A stretch of 44,070 bases of DNA from NCBI RefSeq assembly GCF_022780145.1, contig NZ_JALEXO010000340.1, forward strand, positions 1 through 44,070, written 5' to 3'. The position numbers and the translations under genes were made by a program. Each line of letters starts with the position of its first letter. Within the stretch, counting starts at the first letter, position 1. The notes under the pieces are model-generated. The model saw only the letters and a program-made list of their open reading frames with translations, was not told where the DNA came from and did no database searches. Below, one piece after another: positions 10,102 to 20,559 of the stretch. Origin of the DNA: Intestinibacter sp. (GTDB lineage: Bacteria; Bacillota; Clostridia; Peptostreptococcales; Peptostreptococcaceae).

Positions 10102-10170
10102 AAATAAATATTCATAAAATTAAGCCCTCTTAAATATAATATACAAATAATATTTAAGGGGGCTTAACTA

Positions 10171-11106
10171 ATGAGTAATAAAAAGATATACAAAGGATTA
10201 AATAAAAGGCGAAGATTTAATTTTAGAAAATTTATAACTGTTGTACTTTGTATGGCTTTAATAGTAGGGTATAGCTATAAAAAAATTGGCGTAGATGGAG
10301 TGTTAAAAAATTTTAATTTGCTTGAAAAAATGTCTTTTGTAGTTGATAAGGTATGCTTTTGGAAGGATTTAGATTTTGATGTTTTTAAATTAAACTCTAC
10401 AGATGCTAAAAAGTCGGACAACTTATATGAACAATCACAAAAAGATACAGAATCTAAAAACTCATCAAACAATAATGCAAAAGTAGCAGTAGTTGATGGT
10501 ATAGATGTTTATTTAATACAGGTGGGATCTTTTGATAATAATGAAGATTTAAATAAAATCGAAGTTAAATTAGAACAAAATAAAATGCCAAGTTCGACTT
10601 TGAAAATGGATGGTGTGAGTAAAACTCAGACTTATATTTCTTTCAATGAGGAGGATATGAGGAAGCAGTTGCCTACTGTAAAAAATTTATTTAATGATGC
10701 ATTTATCACTAAATTAGAAATTCCAGTATTATCATTAGAATATACTGATGAGTATTCTTATATAAAAAATATATCTGATTATTTAAATTTACTATTAAAA
10801 AGCTATGAAGAGGAATCAAATTATTTAAATGAAAATAGAAATAGTTTTGATACTATAAAATATCAAAATATGATGAAAGAAAGAAAAGAAATTTTAAATA
10901 AATTAGATAATGAAGTCAAAAAAATAGATTATAAGGGGCTAGATTACTTTAAAAATAATTTATTGTCTTATACTTCACAAATTGAGGACAATATTTTAAA
11001 CTTAGATAAAATAATTTCTAGTGAGGATATTTATAAATATGAAAGTATTTTAATGTATTCAGTACAAATGTATTATGAATTCATAAACCAAATAAAAACA
11101 GCTTAA
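10171..11106 (+). CDS. Membrane-anchored protein with SPOR-like motif
   Basis: Basic N-terminus, then TM segment, then YLIQVGSF. Confidence 0.65.
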   Translation: MSNKKIYKGLNKRRRFNFRKFITVVLCMALIVGYSYKKIGVDGVLKNFNLLEKMSFVVDKVCFWKDLDFDVFKLNSTDAKKSDNLYEQSQKDTESKNSSNNNAKVAVVDGIDVYLIQVGSFDNNEDLNKIEVKLEQNKMPSSTLKMDGVSKTQTYISFNEEDMRKQLPTVKNLFNDAFITKLEIPVLSLEYTDEYSYIKNISDYLNLLLKSYEEESNYLNENRNSFDTIKYQNMMKERKEILNKLDNEVKKIDYKGLDYFKNNLLSYTSQIEDNILNLDKIISSEDIYKYESILMYSVQMYYEFINQIKTA

Positions 11107-11131
11107 AGGGTTGAATTATTCAACCTTTTTT
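11105..11131 (+). terminator. Intrinsic terminator
   Basis: AAAGGGTTGAAT/ATTCAACCTTTTTT. Confidence 0.75.
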
Positions 11132-11341
11132 GTATTTTTTGAAAAAATAAAAAAATTTAAAACTTAAATAAATATATAAAAAAAATATTATTTGTGTTAT
11201 ATATTTTTTTTATATTCATTTAAAAAAAGCTAATAATTGAGATAAATAATTAACAATTGTTAAATTTTTGTAGTAAATATAGTATACTATATATATAATA
11301 TCTATGAGTATTAATATAACAAGACAGGGGGTAAATATAAA

Positions 11342-12694
11342 ATGAGACTCTTAACATTCAAAGGAGGTATACATCCTCCATACAATAAAGAGTATACAAA
11401 CAAAATAGCTCTAGCGAAAGCTGAAGCTCCAAAAACTGTTTACATTCCTCTTCAACAACATATAGGTGCTCCAGCAAAACCTATAGTAGAAGTTGGCGAT
11501 CTAGTTAAAAAAGGTCAAATGATAGGACAAGCAGGTGGGTTTGTATCAGCAAATGTTCATTCATCAGTTTCAGGGAAAGTCATTGGAATACAAATGCATG
11601 AAGTTCCTGGTGGAGTAGGACAATGCATAGTCATTGAAAACGACTTCAAAGAAGAACTTGATGAAAGCGTTAAACCAAAAGGAGATTTAGATAGTCTAGC
11701 TCCAAAAGAAATTATTAAAATTATACAAGATGCAGGTATAGTTGGTATGGGTGGTGCAACATTCCCAACTCATGTAAAATTATCACCTCCACCAGATGCA
11801 AATATCGATGTAGTCATTTTAAATGGTGCTGAATGTGAACCATATTTAACTGCTGACCATAGATTAATGGTTGAAATGCCAGAACAAATAGTATTTGGTA
11901 TAAGAGCCGTTATGAAAGCATTAGAAGTTAAACAAGGATATATAGCTATAGAAGTAAATAAACCAGATGCTATAGAAGCTGTTACTAAAGCAGCTGAACC
12001 ATATCCAGAAATAGAAGTTGTTGGACTTCAAATAAAATACCCACAAGGGGCAGAAAAACAACTTATATATGCATGTACAGGCGGAAGAGAAGTTCCATCA
12101 GGTGCATTACCAGCAGCTGCAGGTGCCGTAGTTACAAATGTTAGTACAGCAGCTCAAATATCTAAATCAATACAAACAGGATTACCTCTAATAGAAAGAA
12201 TCACAACTATTACAGGCGATGCTATAAAAAATCCTAGAAACTTAATAACTAAAGTCGGAACACCAATCTGTGAAATAATAGATCAATGTGGTGGATTTAA
12301 AGACGACGTAAAAGTAGGTAAAGTTATATTAGGTGGACCTATGATGGGTAATACTCAATATACTACTCAAGCAGCAAGTACAAAAGGTACTTCAGGTATA
12401 TTATGCTTATCAGAAGAAAAAGCTAGACTTCCTGAACCTACAGCTTGTTTAAGATGTGGTAGATGTACTCAAGTATGTCCAGCATTCTTACAACCTTTAT
12501 ACATAAGTGCTAATTCACTTAAAGGTGACTTTGATAAAGCTGAAGAACATAGAGCTCTTGACTGTATAGAATGTGGATCATGTTCATTTATATGTCCAGC
12601 TAGAAGACCTTTAGTAGAATCTATAAGAAATGCTAAACGTCAAATTCAAGCAAAACGTAGAAAAGCACAAGCTCAAGCAAAGGCAGCAAAATAA
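11342..12694 (+). CDS. rnfC: Rnf electron transport complex subunit C
   Basis: TFKGGIHP, QHIGAP, GIVGMGGATFPT, NGAECEPY, two CxxCxxCxxxCP motifs. Confidence 0.96.
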   Translation: MRLLTFKGGIHPPYNKEYTNKIALAKAEAPKTVYIPLQQHIGAPAKPIVEVGDLVKKGQMIGQAGGFVSANVHSSVSGKVIGIQMHEVPGGVGQCIVIENDFKEELDESVKPKGDLDSLAPKEIIKIIQDAGIVGMGGATFPTHVKLSPPPDANIDVVILNGAECEPYLTADHRLMVEMPEQIVFGIRAVMKALEVKQGYIAIEVNKPDAIEAVTKAAEPYPEIEVVGLQIKYPQGAEKQLIYACTGGREVPSGALPAAAGAVVTNVSTAAQISKSIQTGLPLIERITTITGDAIKNPRNLITKVGTPICEIIDQCGGFKDDVKVGKVILGGPMMGNTQYTTQAASTKGTSGILCLSEEKARLPEPTACLRCGRCTQVCPAFLQPLYISANSLKGDFDKAEEHRALDCIECGSCSFICPARRPLVESIRNAKRQIQAKRRKAQAQAKAAK

Positions 12695-12713
12695 ATATTG
12701 GGGGGAAATAAAC

Positions 12714-13697
12714 ATGGAAAATAAGTTTATAGTGTCATCATCACCTCACATTAGAAGTAATGAAGATACTTCTTATATAATGAAACAAGTAGTATTAGCT
12801 CTTTTACCAGCAGCAATCGCAGGTTTATGGTATTTTAGAGCAAGCGCATTATATGTTATGTTCTTCTGTATATTAGGAACAGTTGGTTCTGAATTTATAT
12901 GGGAAAAAATAACTAAACAAAAAAGTACTATTGGAGACTTTTCAGCAGTAGTTACAGGTTTATTATTATCATTTAACGTTCCTGCATCACTTCCATGGTG
13001 GATGTGTCTATTAGGTGGCGTATTTGCAATAGTAGTTGTAAAAATGATGTTTGGTGGATTAGGTAATAACTTTGTTAACCCTGCTTTGGCAGCGAGAGCA
13101 TTCTTATTAGCATCATTCCCAGTTGCAATGACTAAATGGACTCAAACAGGTGTTAATTGGGTTAGTTCTTCAGCAGCTGCTGATGTAGTAACAACTGCAA
13201 CTCCACTTAGCTTCTTAAAATCAGGAGCAGCAGGACTTCAAGGACTAACTGACAGTGGTATATCTATGACTGATATGTTAATCGGTAATATAGGCGGTTG
13301 TGTTGGTGAAACATGTGCTGTATTAATATTACTAGGTGGTATTTACTTAATATATAAAGGAATTATAAGTTATATTATGCCAGTTTGTTATTTAGGAACA
13401 ATATTTGTATTAACATTCTTACTAGGTGGATTTAATATACAATTTGCTGTAAGTGAAATATTAGCAGGTGGTGTTATGTTAGGTGGTTTCTTCATGTTAA
13501 CTGACTATACAACATCTCCTATGACTAAGAAGGGACAAATTATATACGCTGTTTTAGCAGGTGTAATATGTTCAGTAATTAGATTATACGGTGGATATCC
13601 AGAAGGATGTTCTTATTCAATATTATTAGCTAACGTTATGACTCCACTTATAGACAAATACGTTAACAACAGAGTATTTGGGGAGGTGGCTAAATAA
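12714..13697 (+). CDS. rnfD: Rnf subunit D
   Basis: SSSPHI N-terminus, NPALAARAF, TTATPL FMN-Thr; start moved to ATG 12714 after the GGGGGA RBS. Confidence 0.95.
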   Translation: MENKFIVSSSPHIRSNEDTSYIMKQVVLALLPAAIAGLWYFRASALYVMFFCILGTVGSEFIWEKITKQKSTIGDFSAVVTGLLLSFNVPASLPWWMCLLGGVFAIVVVKMMFGGLGNNFVNPALAARAFLLASFPVAMTKWTQTGVNWVSSSAAADVVTTATPLSFLKSGAAGLQGLTDSGISMTDMLIGNIGGCVGETCAVLILLGGIYLIYKGIISYIMPVCYLGTIFVLTFLLGGFNIQFAVSEILAGGVMLGGFFMLTDYTTSPMTKKGQIIYAVLAGVICSVIRLYGGYPEGCSYSILLANVMTPLIDKYVNNRVFGEVAK

Positions 13698-14272
13698 TGG
13701 GCAAAGATATGTTTAAATTAGGATTAAATTTATTAATAATAAGTGCAGTAGCTGCATTATTGTTAGCACTTACTAACAGTGTAACTGCTGATACTATTGC
13801 TCAAAGAAGTGAACAAGCAAATGCAGAAGCTAGAAAATTAGTTTTAGATTCTGCCGAAACTTTCGAAGAAGTAAAAAATATAAAAACTGATAACTCTAAA
13901 GGTATAGAAGTTGCAGAAGTATATGAAGCAAAAGATGCATCAGGAAATACAGTTGGATATACTCTTAAAGTTTTACCATCAGGTTATGGTGGAAAAATTG
14001 AATTAATGGTAGGTATAGATTCAGCTAATAGTCAAGTATCAGGAATAAATGTTGTAAGTAACTCAGAAACAGCAGGTCTTGGTGCTAGATCAACAGAACC
14101 AGAATTCAGTGACCAATATAAAGGAAAACCACTTGAAGAGCTTTCAGTTCTTAAAAATGGTACTCCTGGCGACACAGAAATCAAAGCAATATCTGGGGCT
14201 ACTATAACTTCTACAGCAGTAACTAATGGTGTCGATGCAGCAATAGAAGTTTATAATAACTCTTTAAAATAA
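13697..14272 (+). CDS. rnfG: Rnf subunit G
   Basis: GYGG, ETAGLG, ISGATIT FMN-binding motif. Confidence 0.95.
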   Translation: MGKDMFKLGLNLLIISAVAALLLALTNSVTADTIAQRSEQANAEARKLVLDSAETFEEVKNIKTDNSKGIEVAEVYEAKDASGNTVGYTLKVLPSGYGGKIELMVGIDSANSQVSGINVVSNSETAGLGARSTEPEFSDQYKGKPLEELSVLKNGTPGDTEIKAISGATITSTAVTNGVDAAIEVYNNSLK

Positions 14273-14293
14273 TTGATAGGGGGATTTTAAGAT

Positions 14294-14890
14294 ATGAGTA
14301 GTTTAGGAAAAACATTTAAAAATGGTATTATCGATGAAAATCCAACCTTTGTACAAGTAATAGGTATGTGTCCTACTCTAGCTGTTACAAGTGCAGCTAT
14401 GAATGGTTTAGGAATGGGTCTTTCAACTACAGTAGTTTTAGCTTGTTCAAATATAGCTATATCACTACTTAGAAAAGTAATACCAGACAAAATAAGAATA
14501 CCAGCATTTATCGTTGTTATAGCTACTTTCGTTACAATCGTACAAATGCTTTTAAAAGCTTATATACCAGCACTTGATAAAGCGCTTGGATTATATATTC
14601 CATTAATAGTTGTTAACTGTATAATACTTGCCCGTGCAGAAAGTTTTGCATCTAAAAATGGACCAGTTGCTTCAGCAGTAGATGGTTTAGGTATGGGTCT
14701 TGGATTTACTATAGCTCTTACAATATTAGGAGCAGTTAGAGAATTATTAGGTGCAGGAAGCATATTCGGATTTAGTCTATTTGGAGCTTCTTACCAACCA
14801 GCTTTATTATTCATATTACCTCCAGGAGCATTCTTAACATTAGGAATCTTGATGGCGATATTTAATAAAGTTTCAAAGAAAAGCGCTTAA
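14294..14890 (+). CDS. rnfE: Rnf subunit E
   Basis: NPTFVQVIGMCPTLAV, IPLIVVNCIIL. Confidence 0.95.
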   Translation: MSSLGKTFKNGIIDENPTFVQVIGMCPTLAVTSAAMNGLGMGLSTTVVLACSNIAISLLRKVIPDKIRIPAFIVVIATFVTIVQMLLKAYIPALDKALGLYIPLIVVNCIILARAESFASKNGPVASAVDGLGMGLGFTIALTILGAVRELLGAGSIFGFSLFGASYQPALLFILPPGAFLTLGILMAIFNKVSKKSA

Positions 14891-14909
14891 TTATTAGGAG
14901 GGAAATATT

Positions 14910-15485
14910 ATGAATTATATTCTTTTATTACTAAGTATTGTCCTTGTTAACAATGTTATAACATCACAATTCTTAGGTATATGTCCATTCTTAGGTGTTT
15001 CTAAGAAGGTGGATACAGCAGCAGGTATGGGAGCTGCGGTTACATTCGTTTTAGGCCTAGCTTCTTTAATAACATACTTTATACAAATGATCTTAGTAAA
15101 AACAGGAACTGAATATTTACAAACTATAGCATTTATACTTGTTATAGCTTCAATAGTTCAATTTGTTGAAATGGCACTTAAGAAAATGAGTCCAGCTTTA
15201 TATCAAGCATTAGGTGTTTACTTACCTCTTATAACTACAAACTGTGCAGTTTTAGGTATAGCACTTGTTAATGTTCAAAAAAATTACAATATATTAGAAA
15301 CATTAATAAATGGTGTTGGTGCAGGTTTAGGTTTCACATTAGCAATAGTTTTATTCGCAGGAATCAGAGAAAGATTAGAACTTGCAGATATTCCAGATGC
15401 ATTTAAGGGATTCCCTATAACATTAGTATCTGCAGCATTAATGTCAATAGCTTTCTTAGGATTTACAGGATTAATAAGACTATAA
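14910..15485 (+). CDS. rnfA: Rnf subunit A
   Basis: NN..QFLGICPFLGVSKK, LPLITTNCAVLG. Confidence 0.95.
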   Translation: MNYILLLLSIVLVNNVITSQFLGICPFLGVSKKVDTAAGMGAAVTFVLGLASLITYFIQMILVKTGTEYLQTIAFILVIASIVQFVEMALKKMSPALYQALGVYLPLITTNCAVLGIALVNVQKNYNILETLINGVGAGLGFTLAIVLFAGIRERLELADIPDAFKGFPITLVSAALMSIAFLGFTGLIRL

Positions 15486-15504
15486 AACAGGGGGGTGAAG
15501 TATT

Positions 15505-16485
15505 GTGGAAATATTAAAAGCAGTAATATTATTAGGAGCCATGGGGTTAATATTTGGTGCTGTCTTAGCTTTTGCTGCACAAAAATTCGCAGTTGAAGTT
15601 GATGAAAGAGAAACTAAAATACTTGAAGTACTTCCTGGAGCAAACTGTGGTGGTTGTGGATTCCCAGGTTGTGGAGGTGTGGCAGCCGCTATAGTAAAAG
15701 GTGAAGCACCTGTAAATGCTTGTCCAGTTGGTGGACCTGCAGTAGCAGCAAAAATTGGAGAAATCATGGGTGTTGCAGCTGAATCAGGAGAAAAAATGGT
15801 TGCACATGTTATGTGTAAAGGTACTTGTTCAAGTGCAGCAAATAAATATGAATATAATGGTATTCAAGATTGTAGAGCAGCAGTATCTCTAATAGGTGGA
15901 CCAAAGGATTGTAGCTTTGGTTGTTTAGGACTTGGAACTTGTGCATCTGTTTGTAAATTCGATGCAATAAAAGTAGTCGATGGAGTAGCTGTAGTAGATG
16001 AAGATAAATGTGTTCTTTGTGGAAAATGTATGGAAGCTTGTCCAAAAGGAATAATAGCTAAAAAACCAGCTAACAAAGAAGTTGTTGTCAACTGTAGTTC
16101 TAAAGATCCAGGTAAAGTTGTTAAAGCTAAATGTTCTGCTGGATGTATAGGATGTAAAGCTTGTGAAAAAGCTTGTCCAGTTGGTGCAATAGTTGTAGAA
16201 AATAATAAAGCTACAATAGATTACTCTAAGTGTATAGGATGTAAACAATGTGCAGTTAAATGTCCAAAGAAAGTTATATCTGCAGGAGATATATCAGATA
16301 GACGTATAGTAGCTATAGACGAATCAAAATGTATAGGTTGTACAGCTTGTGCTAGAGTTTGTCCATTTGGTGCGATAGAAGGAGACAAAAAACAACCACA
16401 TAAAGTTGATCCAGAAAAATGTAAAGGATGTCATCTATGCATGCAAAAATGTAAGAAAGACGCAATAAAATGTGTAGAACAATAG
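15505..16485 (+). CDS. rnfB: Rnf subunit B (polyferredoxin)
   Basis: LPGANCGGCGFPGC plus multiple CxxCxxCxxxC motifs. Confidence 0.95.
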   Translation: MEILKAVILLGAMGLIFGAVLAFAAQKFAVEVDERETKILEVLPGANCGGCGFPGCGGVAAAIVKGEAPVNACPVGGPAVAAKIGEIMGVAAESGEKMVAHVMCKGTCSSAANKYEYNGIQDCRAAVSLIGGPKDCSFGCLGLGTCASVCKFDAIKVVDGVAVVDEDKCVLCGKCMEACPKGIIAKKPANKEVVVNCSSKDPGKVVKAKCSAGCIGCKACEKACPVGAIVVENNKATIDYSKCIGCKQCAVKCPKKVISAGDISDRRIVAIDESKCIGCTACARVCPFGAIEGDKKQPHKVDPEKCKGCHLCMQKCKKDAIKCVEQ

Positions 16486-16508
16486 ATATGAAAAAATAGA
16501 ATATGGAC

Positions 16509-16545
16509 AAAATAAAGGTATAGATCTCTATACCTTTATTTTATT
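16509..16545 (+). terminator. rnf operon terminator
   Basis: AAAATAAAGGTATAGA-tc-TCTATACCTTTATTTT. Confidence 0.8.
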
Positions 16546-16702
16546 GCCTTAACAGTGGAATAATCTTAAAATTAAACGTAAATATTATTACAAAATTCTT
16601 AACAAAAATAAGAAAATTTTAAATAAAAATAATATTTATTTAAATAAAATAAATTTTTTTAAAAAATATAAGATTTATAAAAGAAAAGAGCTTATATTAA
16701 GA

Positions 16703-16731
16703 TTGAAATTTTTATAAGATAGTGATAAACT
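16703..16731 (+). promoter_or_regulatory. SigA promoter of maf-radC-mre-min cluster
   Basis: TTGAAA-17 nt-TAAACT, with extended -10 TG. Confidence 0.55.
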
Positions 16732-16768
16732 TAATTAGTACAAAATTTAAGTACGAGAAGGTGAATAA

Positions 16769-17353
16769 ATGGAAATTATATTAGCGTCGGCTTCACCGAG
16801 GAGAAGAGAAATTTTAAAAAATACTAAGCTTAAATTTGAGGTTCAAAAAAGCGATATAGAAGAAGTATTTTTGGAAAATGAATCTCCTGAAAGTATGGTA
16901 GTTAGGCTTGCATATGAAAAAGCATTTGATGTAGCAGAAAATAACAGAGATAAATTGGTTATAGGTGCTGATACAATTGTTGTTTTAGGAGATGAAGTTT
17001 TAGGTAAGCCTAAAGATGAAGAAGAAGCATTTGATATGATACAAAAGCTATCGAATAAAACACACAGAGTTATTACAGGTATCAGTTTAATCCATTTAAA
17101 AAAGGGAATAGTTGTAAATGACTATCAGATAAGCTATGTTACGTTTAAAGATTTAAGTGAAGACTCTATTAAAGATTATATAAATACTAAGGAATCATTA
17201 GATAAAGCAGGTGGGTATGGAATACAAGGATATGGAGCTCTATTAGTTGACAGTATACAAGGTGATTATTTCAACATAGTGGGACTTCCTATATCTAAAC
17301 TCAGCGATTTGTTAAGGGATCACTTTGATATAAATCTATTTTATGGAGGATGA
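16769..17353 (+). CDS. maf: Maf-family nucleoside triphosphate pyrophosphatase
   Basis: ILASASPRRREIL, GADTIV, LGKP, DKAGGYGIQG. Confidence 0.96.
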   Translation: MEIILASASPRRREILKNTKLKFEVQKSDIEEVFLENESPESMVVRLAYEKAFDVAENNRDKLVIGADTIVVLGDEVLGKPKDEEEAFDMIQKLSNKTHRVITGISLIHLKKGIVVNDYQISYVTFKDLSEDSIKDYINTKESLDKAGGYGIQGYGALLVDSIQGDYFNIVGLPISKLSDLLRDHFDINLFYGG

Positions 17354-18057
17354 TTCATCTGCAAGAAACTTTAAACAACAATTTTAACATAAAAAATATG
17401 TTAGAATGCGACAGACCTAGAGAAAAAATGCTGACAAAAGGTGTAAAATCATTATCTGATGCTGAATTGTTGGCTATTATTATTAGAACTGGAAACAAAA
17501 AATACAATGCTATAGAGCTTTCTAATCAAATATTTAAGGAAAAATTAATAAATATTAGAGATTTATATGATATAAGTATAGAAGAGCTATGTACTATAGA
17601 TGGTATCGGACTCACTAAAGCTACCCAAATAAAGGCAGCGGTAGAATTAGGAGTCAGGGCTTCCAGTTATATGCCACCTAAATACAAAATAAAAAATCCT
17701 TGGGATATATACAAATACTACATGGATACATTGAGATACGAATCAAAGGAAATATTTAAAGTAGTGCTTTTAAATACAAAAAATGAGATAATTACAGATG
17801 TAGACATTTCAATTGGTACTTTAAATGCGTCATTAGTTCATCCGAGGGAGGTTTTTAGAGCGGCAATTAGACGAAGTAGCAATAAGATTATATTAATACA
17901 TAATCATCCATCAGGATGTCCAACACCTTCTTCAGAAGATAAGTCTATTACAAATAGGCTTGTTGAGTGTGGAGAAATAATAGGCATTGAAGTAATAGAC
18001 CATATAATTATAGGTGACGGATTGTATTTTAGTTTTAAAGAAAATATGTTGATTTGA
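17350..18057 (+). CDS. radC: RadC / JAB-domain protein
   Basis: RPREK, LSDAELLA, HPREVF, HNHPSG, DHIIIG; start uncertain. Confidence 0.94.
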   Translation: MIHLQETLNNNFNIKNMLECDRPREKMLTKGVKSLSDAELLAIIIRTGNKKYNAIELSNQIFKEKLINIRDLYDISIEELCTIDGIGLTKATQIKAAVELGVRASSYMPPKYKIKNPWDIYKYYMDTLRYESKEIFKVVLLNTKNEIITDVDISIGTLNASLVHPREVFRAAIRRSSNKIILIHNHPSGCPTPSSEDKSITNRLVECGEIIGIEVIDHIIIGDGLYFSFKENMLI

Positions 18058-18088
18058 TATAGTGTAAGATTGAAGGGAGCGTTTAAAA

Positions 18089-19159
18089 ATGGCAAGTGAA
18101 AAAAAACAAAAAAAACAAAAAGGATCTTTCTTTGGATTCGGAAAAATGACAAAGGACATGGGTATAGACCTTGGTACTGCAAATACTCTAGTATACATTA
18201 AAGGTCAAGGTATAGTGCTTAGAGAACCATCAGTTGTCGCAATAAGAGATGACAGCAAGGATGTTTTAGCAGTTGGTGAAGAAGCGAAGAGAATGATAGG
18301 TAGAACACCAGGAAACATAAAAGCAATAAGACCTATGAAGGATGGAGTTATAGCTGATTTTGATATAACTCAATCAATGTTAACTTACTTCATACAAAAA
18401 TCTACTGCTAAAAAAGGTGGAGCTGTAAGTGCGAGAATAGCTATATGTGTACCATATGGTGTTACTGAAGTAGAAAAGAAAGCAATAGAAGAAGCTGCTC
18501 AACAAGCAGGAGCTAAAGAAGTGTTTTTAATAGAAGAACCAATGGCTGCAGCTATAGGAGCTGGACTTAGAGTAGAAGAACCAGAAGGTAACATGGTAGT
18601 TGATATCGGTGGTGGTACTTCAGAAATAGCTGTAATATCACTAGGTGGTATAGATACTGCTGAATCTATAAGAATAGGTGGTAACAAATTAGACGAAGCA
18701 ATAGTTAATTACGTTAAAAAAGAATACAACTTATTAATAGGTGAAAGAACTGCTGAAGATGTAAAAATAAACATAGGTTCAGCTTATAAAGATGGAGAAG
18801 AAGTAACTGCTCAAATAAGCGGTAGAGATTTAGTAACAGGTCTTCCTAAGAAAATCGATATATCTTCTGCAGAAATAAGAGATGCCTTAAAAGACCCTAT
18901 TAATACAATAGTAAATGGAATAAAAATAACTCTAGAAAAAACAAAACCAGAGCTTGCTGCCGACTTAATGGAAAACGGAATAATGTTAACAGGAGGAGGA
19001 GCATTATTAAAAGGTCTTGATTTATTAGTAAAAGAAGAAACAGGAATGCCAGTTTTCATAGCAGAATATCCACTAGATTGTGTTGCTATAGGAACTGGAA
19101 AATCAGTTGAAGACCAAGAAATCTTCGAAAAAGTTTTAGTAGCAAACAAGAGAAGATAG
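18089..19159 (+). CDS. mreB: Rod shape-determining actin homolog MreB
   Basis: [39 protein letters not shown]. Confidence 0.97.
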   Translation: MASEKKQKKQKGSFFGFGKMTKDMGIDLGTANTLVYIKGQGIVLREPSVVAIRDDSKDVLAVGEEAKRMIGRTPGNIKAIRPMKDGVIADFDITQSMLTYFIQKSTAKKGGAVSARIAICVPYGVTEVEKKAIEEAAQQAGAKEVFLIEEPMAAAIGAGLRVEEPEGNMVVDIGGGTSEIAVISLGGIDTAESIRIGGNKLDEAIVNYVKKEYNLLIGERTAEDVKINIGSAYKDGEEVTAQISGRDLVTGLPKKIDISSAEIRDALKDPINTIVNGIKITLEKTKPELAADLMENGIMLTGGGALLKGLDLLVKEETGMPVFIAEYPLDCVAIGTGKSVEDQEIFEKVLVANKRR

Positions 19160-19165
19160 AAGCTG

Positions 19166-20053
19166 GTGATGAGTTTGAGAAGAGACAAAAACAGACGTAA
19201 AATAAATTTTAAAGTGATAGCAACTGGTTTGGTTGCTATCACTTTAATTGGAATTGTAAGTATATCAATAGGAAGAAATTCGGGAAATAGTCCCTTTAAC
19301 TCAAATATAATACTTAATATAACATCTACTCTTGAACACGGCGTTAGTAAAGGAATTGGTTTTTTTACTGGCGGATTTTCAAATATAGTAAATTTCAAAG
19401 CTAATGCTGAGAAAATTGAAAAATTAGAAGAAGAAAATAAAAAATTAGAGGAAGAAATAACAAATTTAAAAGGCGAACTAGAAACTACGAGCTCATTAGA
19501 ACAATTAAAAAAATCATTGAATTTTGTAGATGAAAAGTACGTTGCAAATCAATTAGCAGCTGAGGTAGTAAGCAAAAATGATGGACTTTGGTATACAAGC
19601 ATTGTGATAAGTGCAGGTAGCGATGATGGTGTCAAAAAAAATAGCTTAGTTATGAATGGAGACGGCTTAGTAGGTATAGTTACAGAAGTATCTTCAAGCT
19701 ATTCTAAAGCTATTACATTATTAGACACGACATCATCAGTTAGCTTTAAGTTATCAAAGGATTCTAAATACAAAGGAATTATTACAACTGGTACAGGCAT
19801 CAAAGAAGAAGAGTCAAATAGAGAAAAAGGTCTTTTACAAGGATATATGATGGATTCTGATTACGATGTACTTCCAGGTGATAGTGTAGTTACGTCAGGT
19901 CTTGGTTTATATCCAGAAAACATTGCTATAGGAGAAGTGACAAAGGTTGTTGAAGATAAAAGTAAATCTTTAAAATACGTAGTAATTAAACCTAATGTAA
20001 ACTTTAAAAATATAGATAATGTAGTTATAGTAGAACCAAGAAATATAAATTAG
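19166..20053 (+). CDS. mreC: Rod shape-determining protein MreC
   Basis: TM segment plus coiled coil, GLVG, VVTSGLG; position after mreB. Confidence 0.93.
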   Translation: MMSLRRDKNRRKINFKVIATGLVAITLIGIVSISIGRNSGNSPFNSNIILNITSTLEHGVSKGIGFFTGGFSNIVNFKANAEKIEKLEEENKKLEEEITNLKGELETTSSLEQLKKSLNFVDEKYVANQLAAEVVSKNDGLWYTSIVISAGSDDGVKKNSLVMNGDGLVGIVTEVSSSYSKAITLLDTTSSVSFKLSKDSKYKGIITTGTGIKEEESNREKGLLQGYMMDSDYDVLPGDSVVTSGLGLYPENIAIGEVTKVVEDKSKSLKYVVIKPNVNFKNIDNVVIVEPRNIN

Positions 20054-20066
20054 AGAGGTAATTACA

Positions 20067-20549
20067 ATGAAGAGAATATTACTTTGTATATTAGGGATCT
20101 TTATAATAATAATACAAAATAGTATTATTAATTATTTATCTATTTTTGGAATGACTATAAATATAGTTTTAATATATTTAGTTATAATTTCTCTTTACTT
20201 AGGAGAATTAGAAAGTGGAATTATAGGTGCGATTTTAGGTATTGTCCTAGATTCTAGTGTTGGAGGCGTTTTTGGAGCTAATGCACTTATATTATTTCTG
20301 ATTTCATATACAGTAAGTTATTTGAGAAATAAAGTTTACAAAGAAAGTCCTGTAATGATATTTACAATTATTTTAGCTATGACTTTTATATATTGTGGAG
20401 TTAGTTTTTTATTTGCTAAATCACTATATAATGTATGTAAATTTGCATCAATTATAAAAATAATTGTAGTTCCTATTGCAAATGCTTTAATAGGAGTATT
20501 AATTTACAAGATATTTAAAAATCAAATATTAAAACTAGAAGAAGAATAG
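20067..20549 (+). CDS. mreD: Rod shape-determining protein MreD
   Basis: Polytopic membrane protein after mreC. Confidence 0.88.
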   Translation: MKRILLCILGIFIIIIQNSIINYLSIFGMTINIVLIYLVIISLYLGELESGIIGAILGIVLDSSVGGVFGANALILFLISYTVSYLRNKVYKESPVMIFTIILAMTFIYCGVSFLFAKSLYNVCKFASIIKIIVVPIANALIGVLIYKIFKNQILKLEEE

Positions 20550-20559
20550 TGGTGATTTA

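Noticed and set aside
12630..12713. ORF-track N-terminal extension of rnfD overlapping rnfC
   Set aside because: The RBS and conserved N-terminus support ATG 12714.
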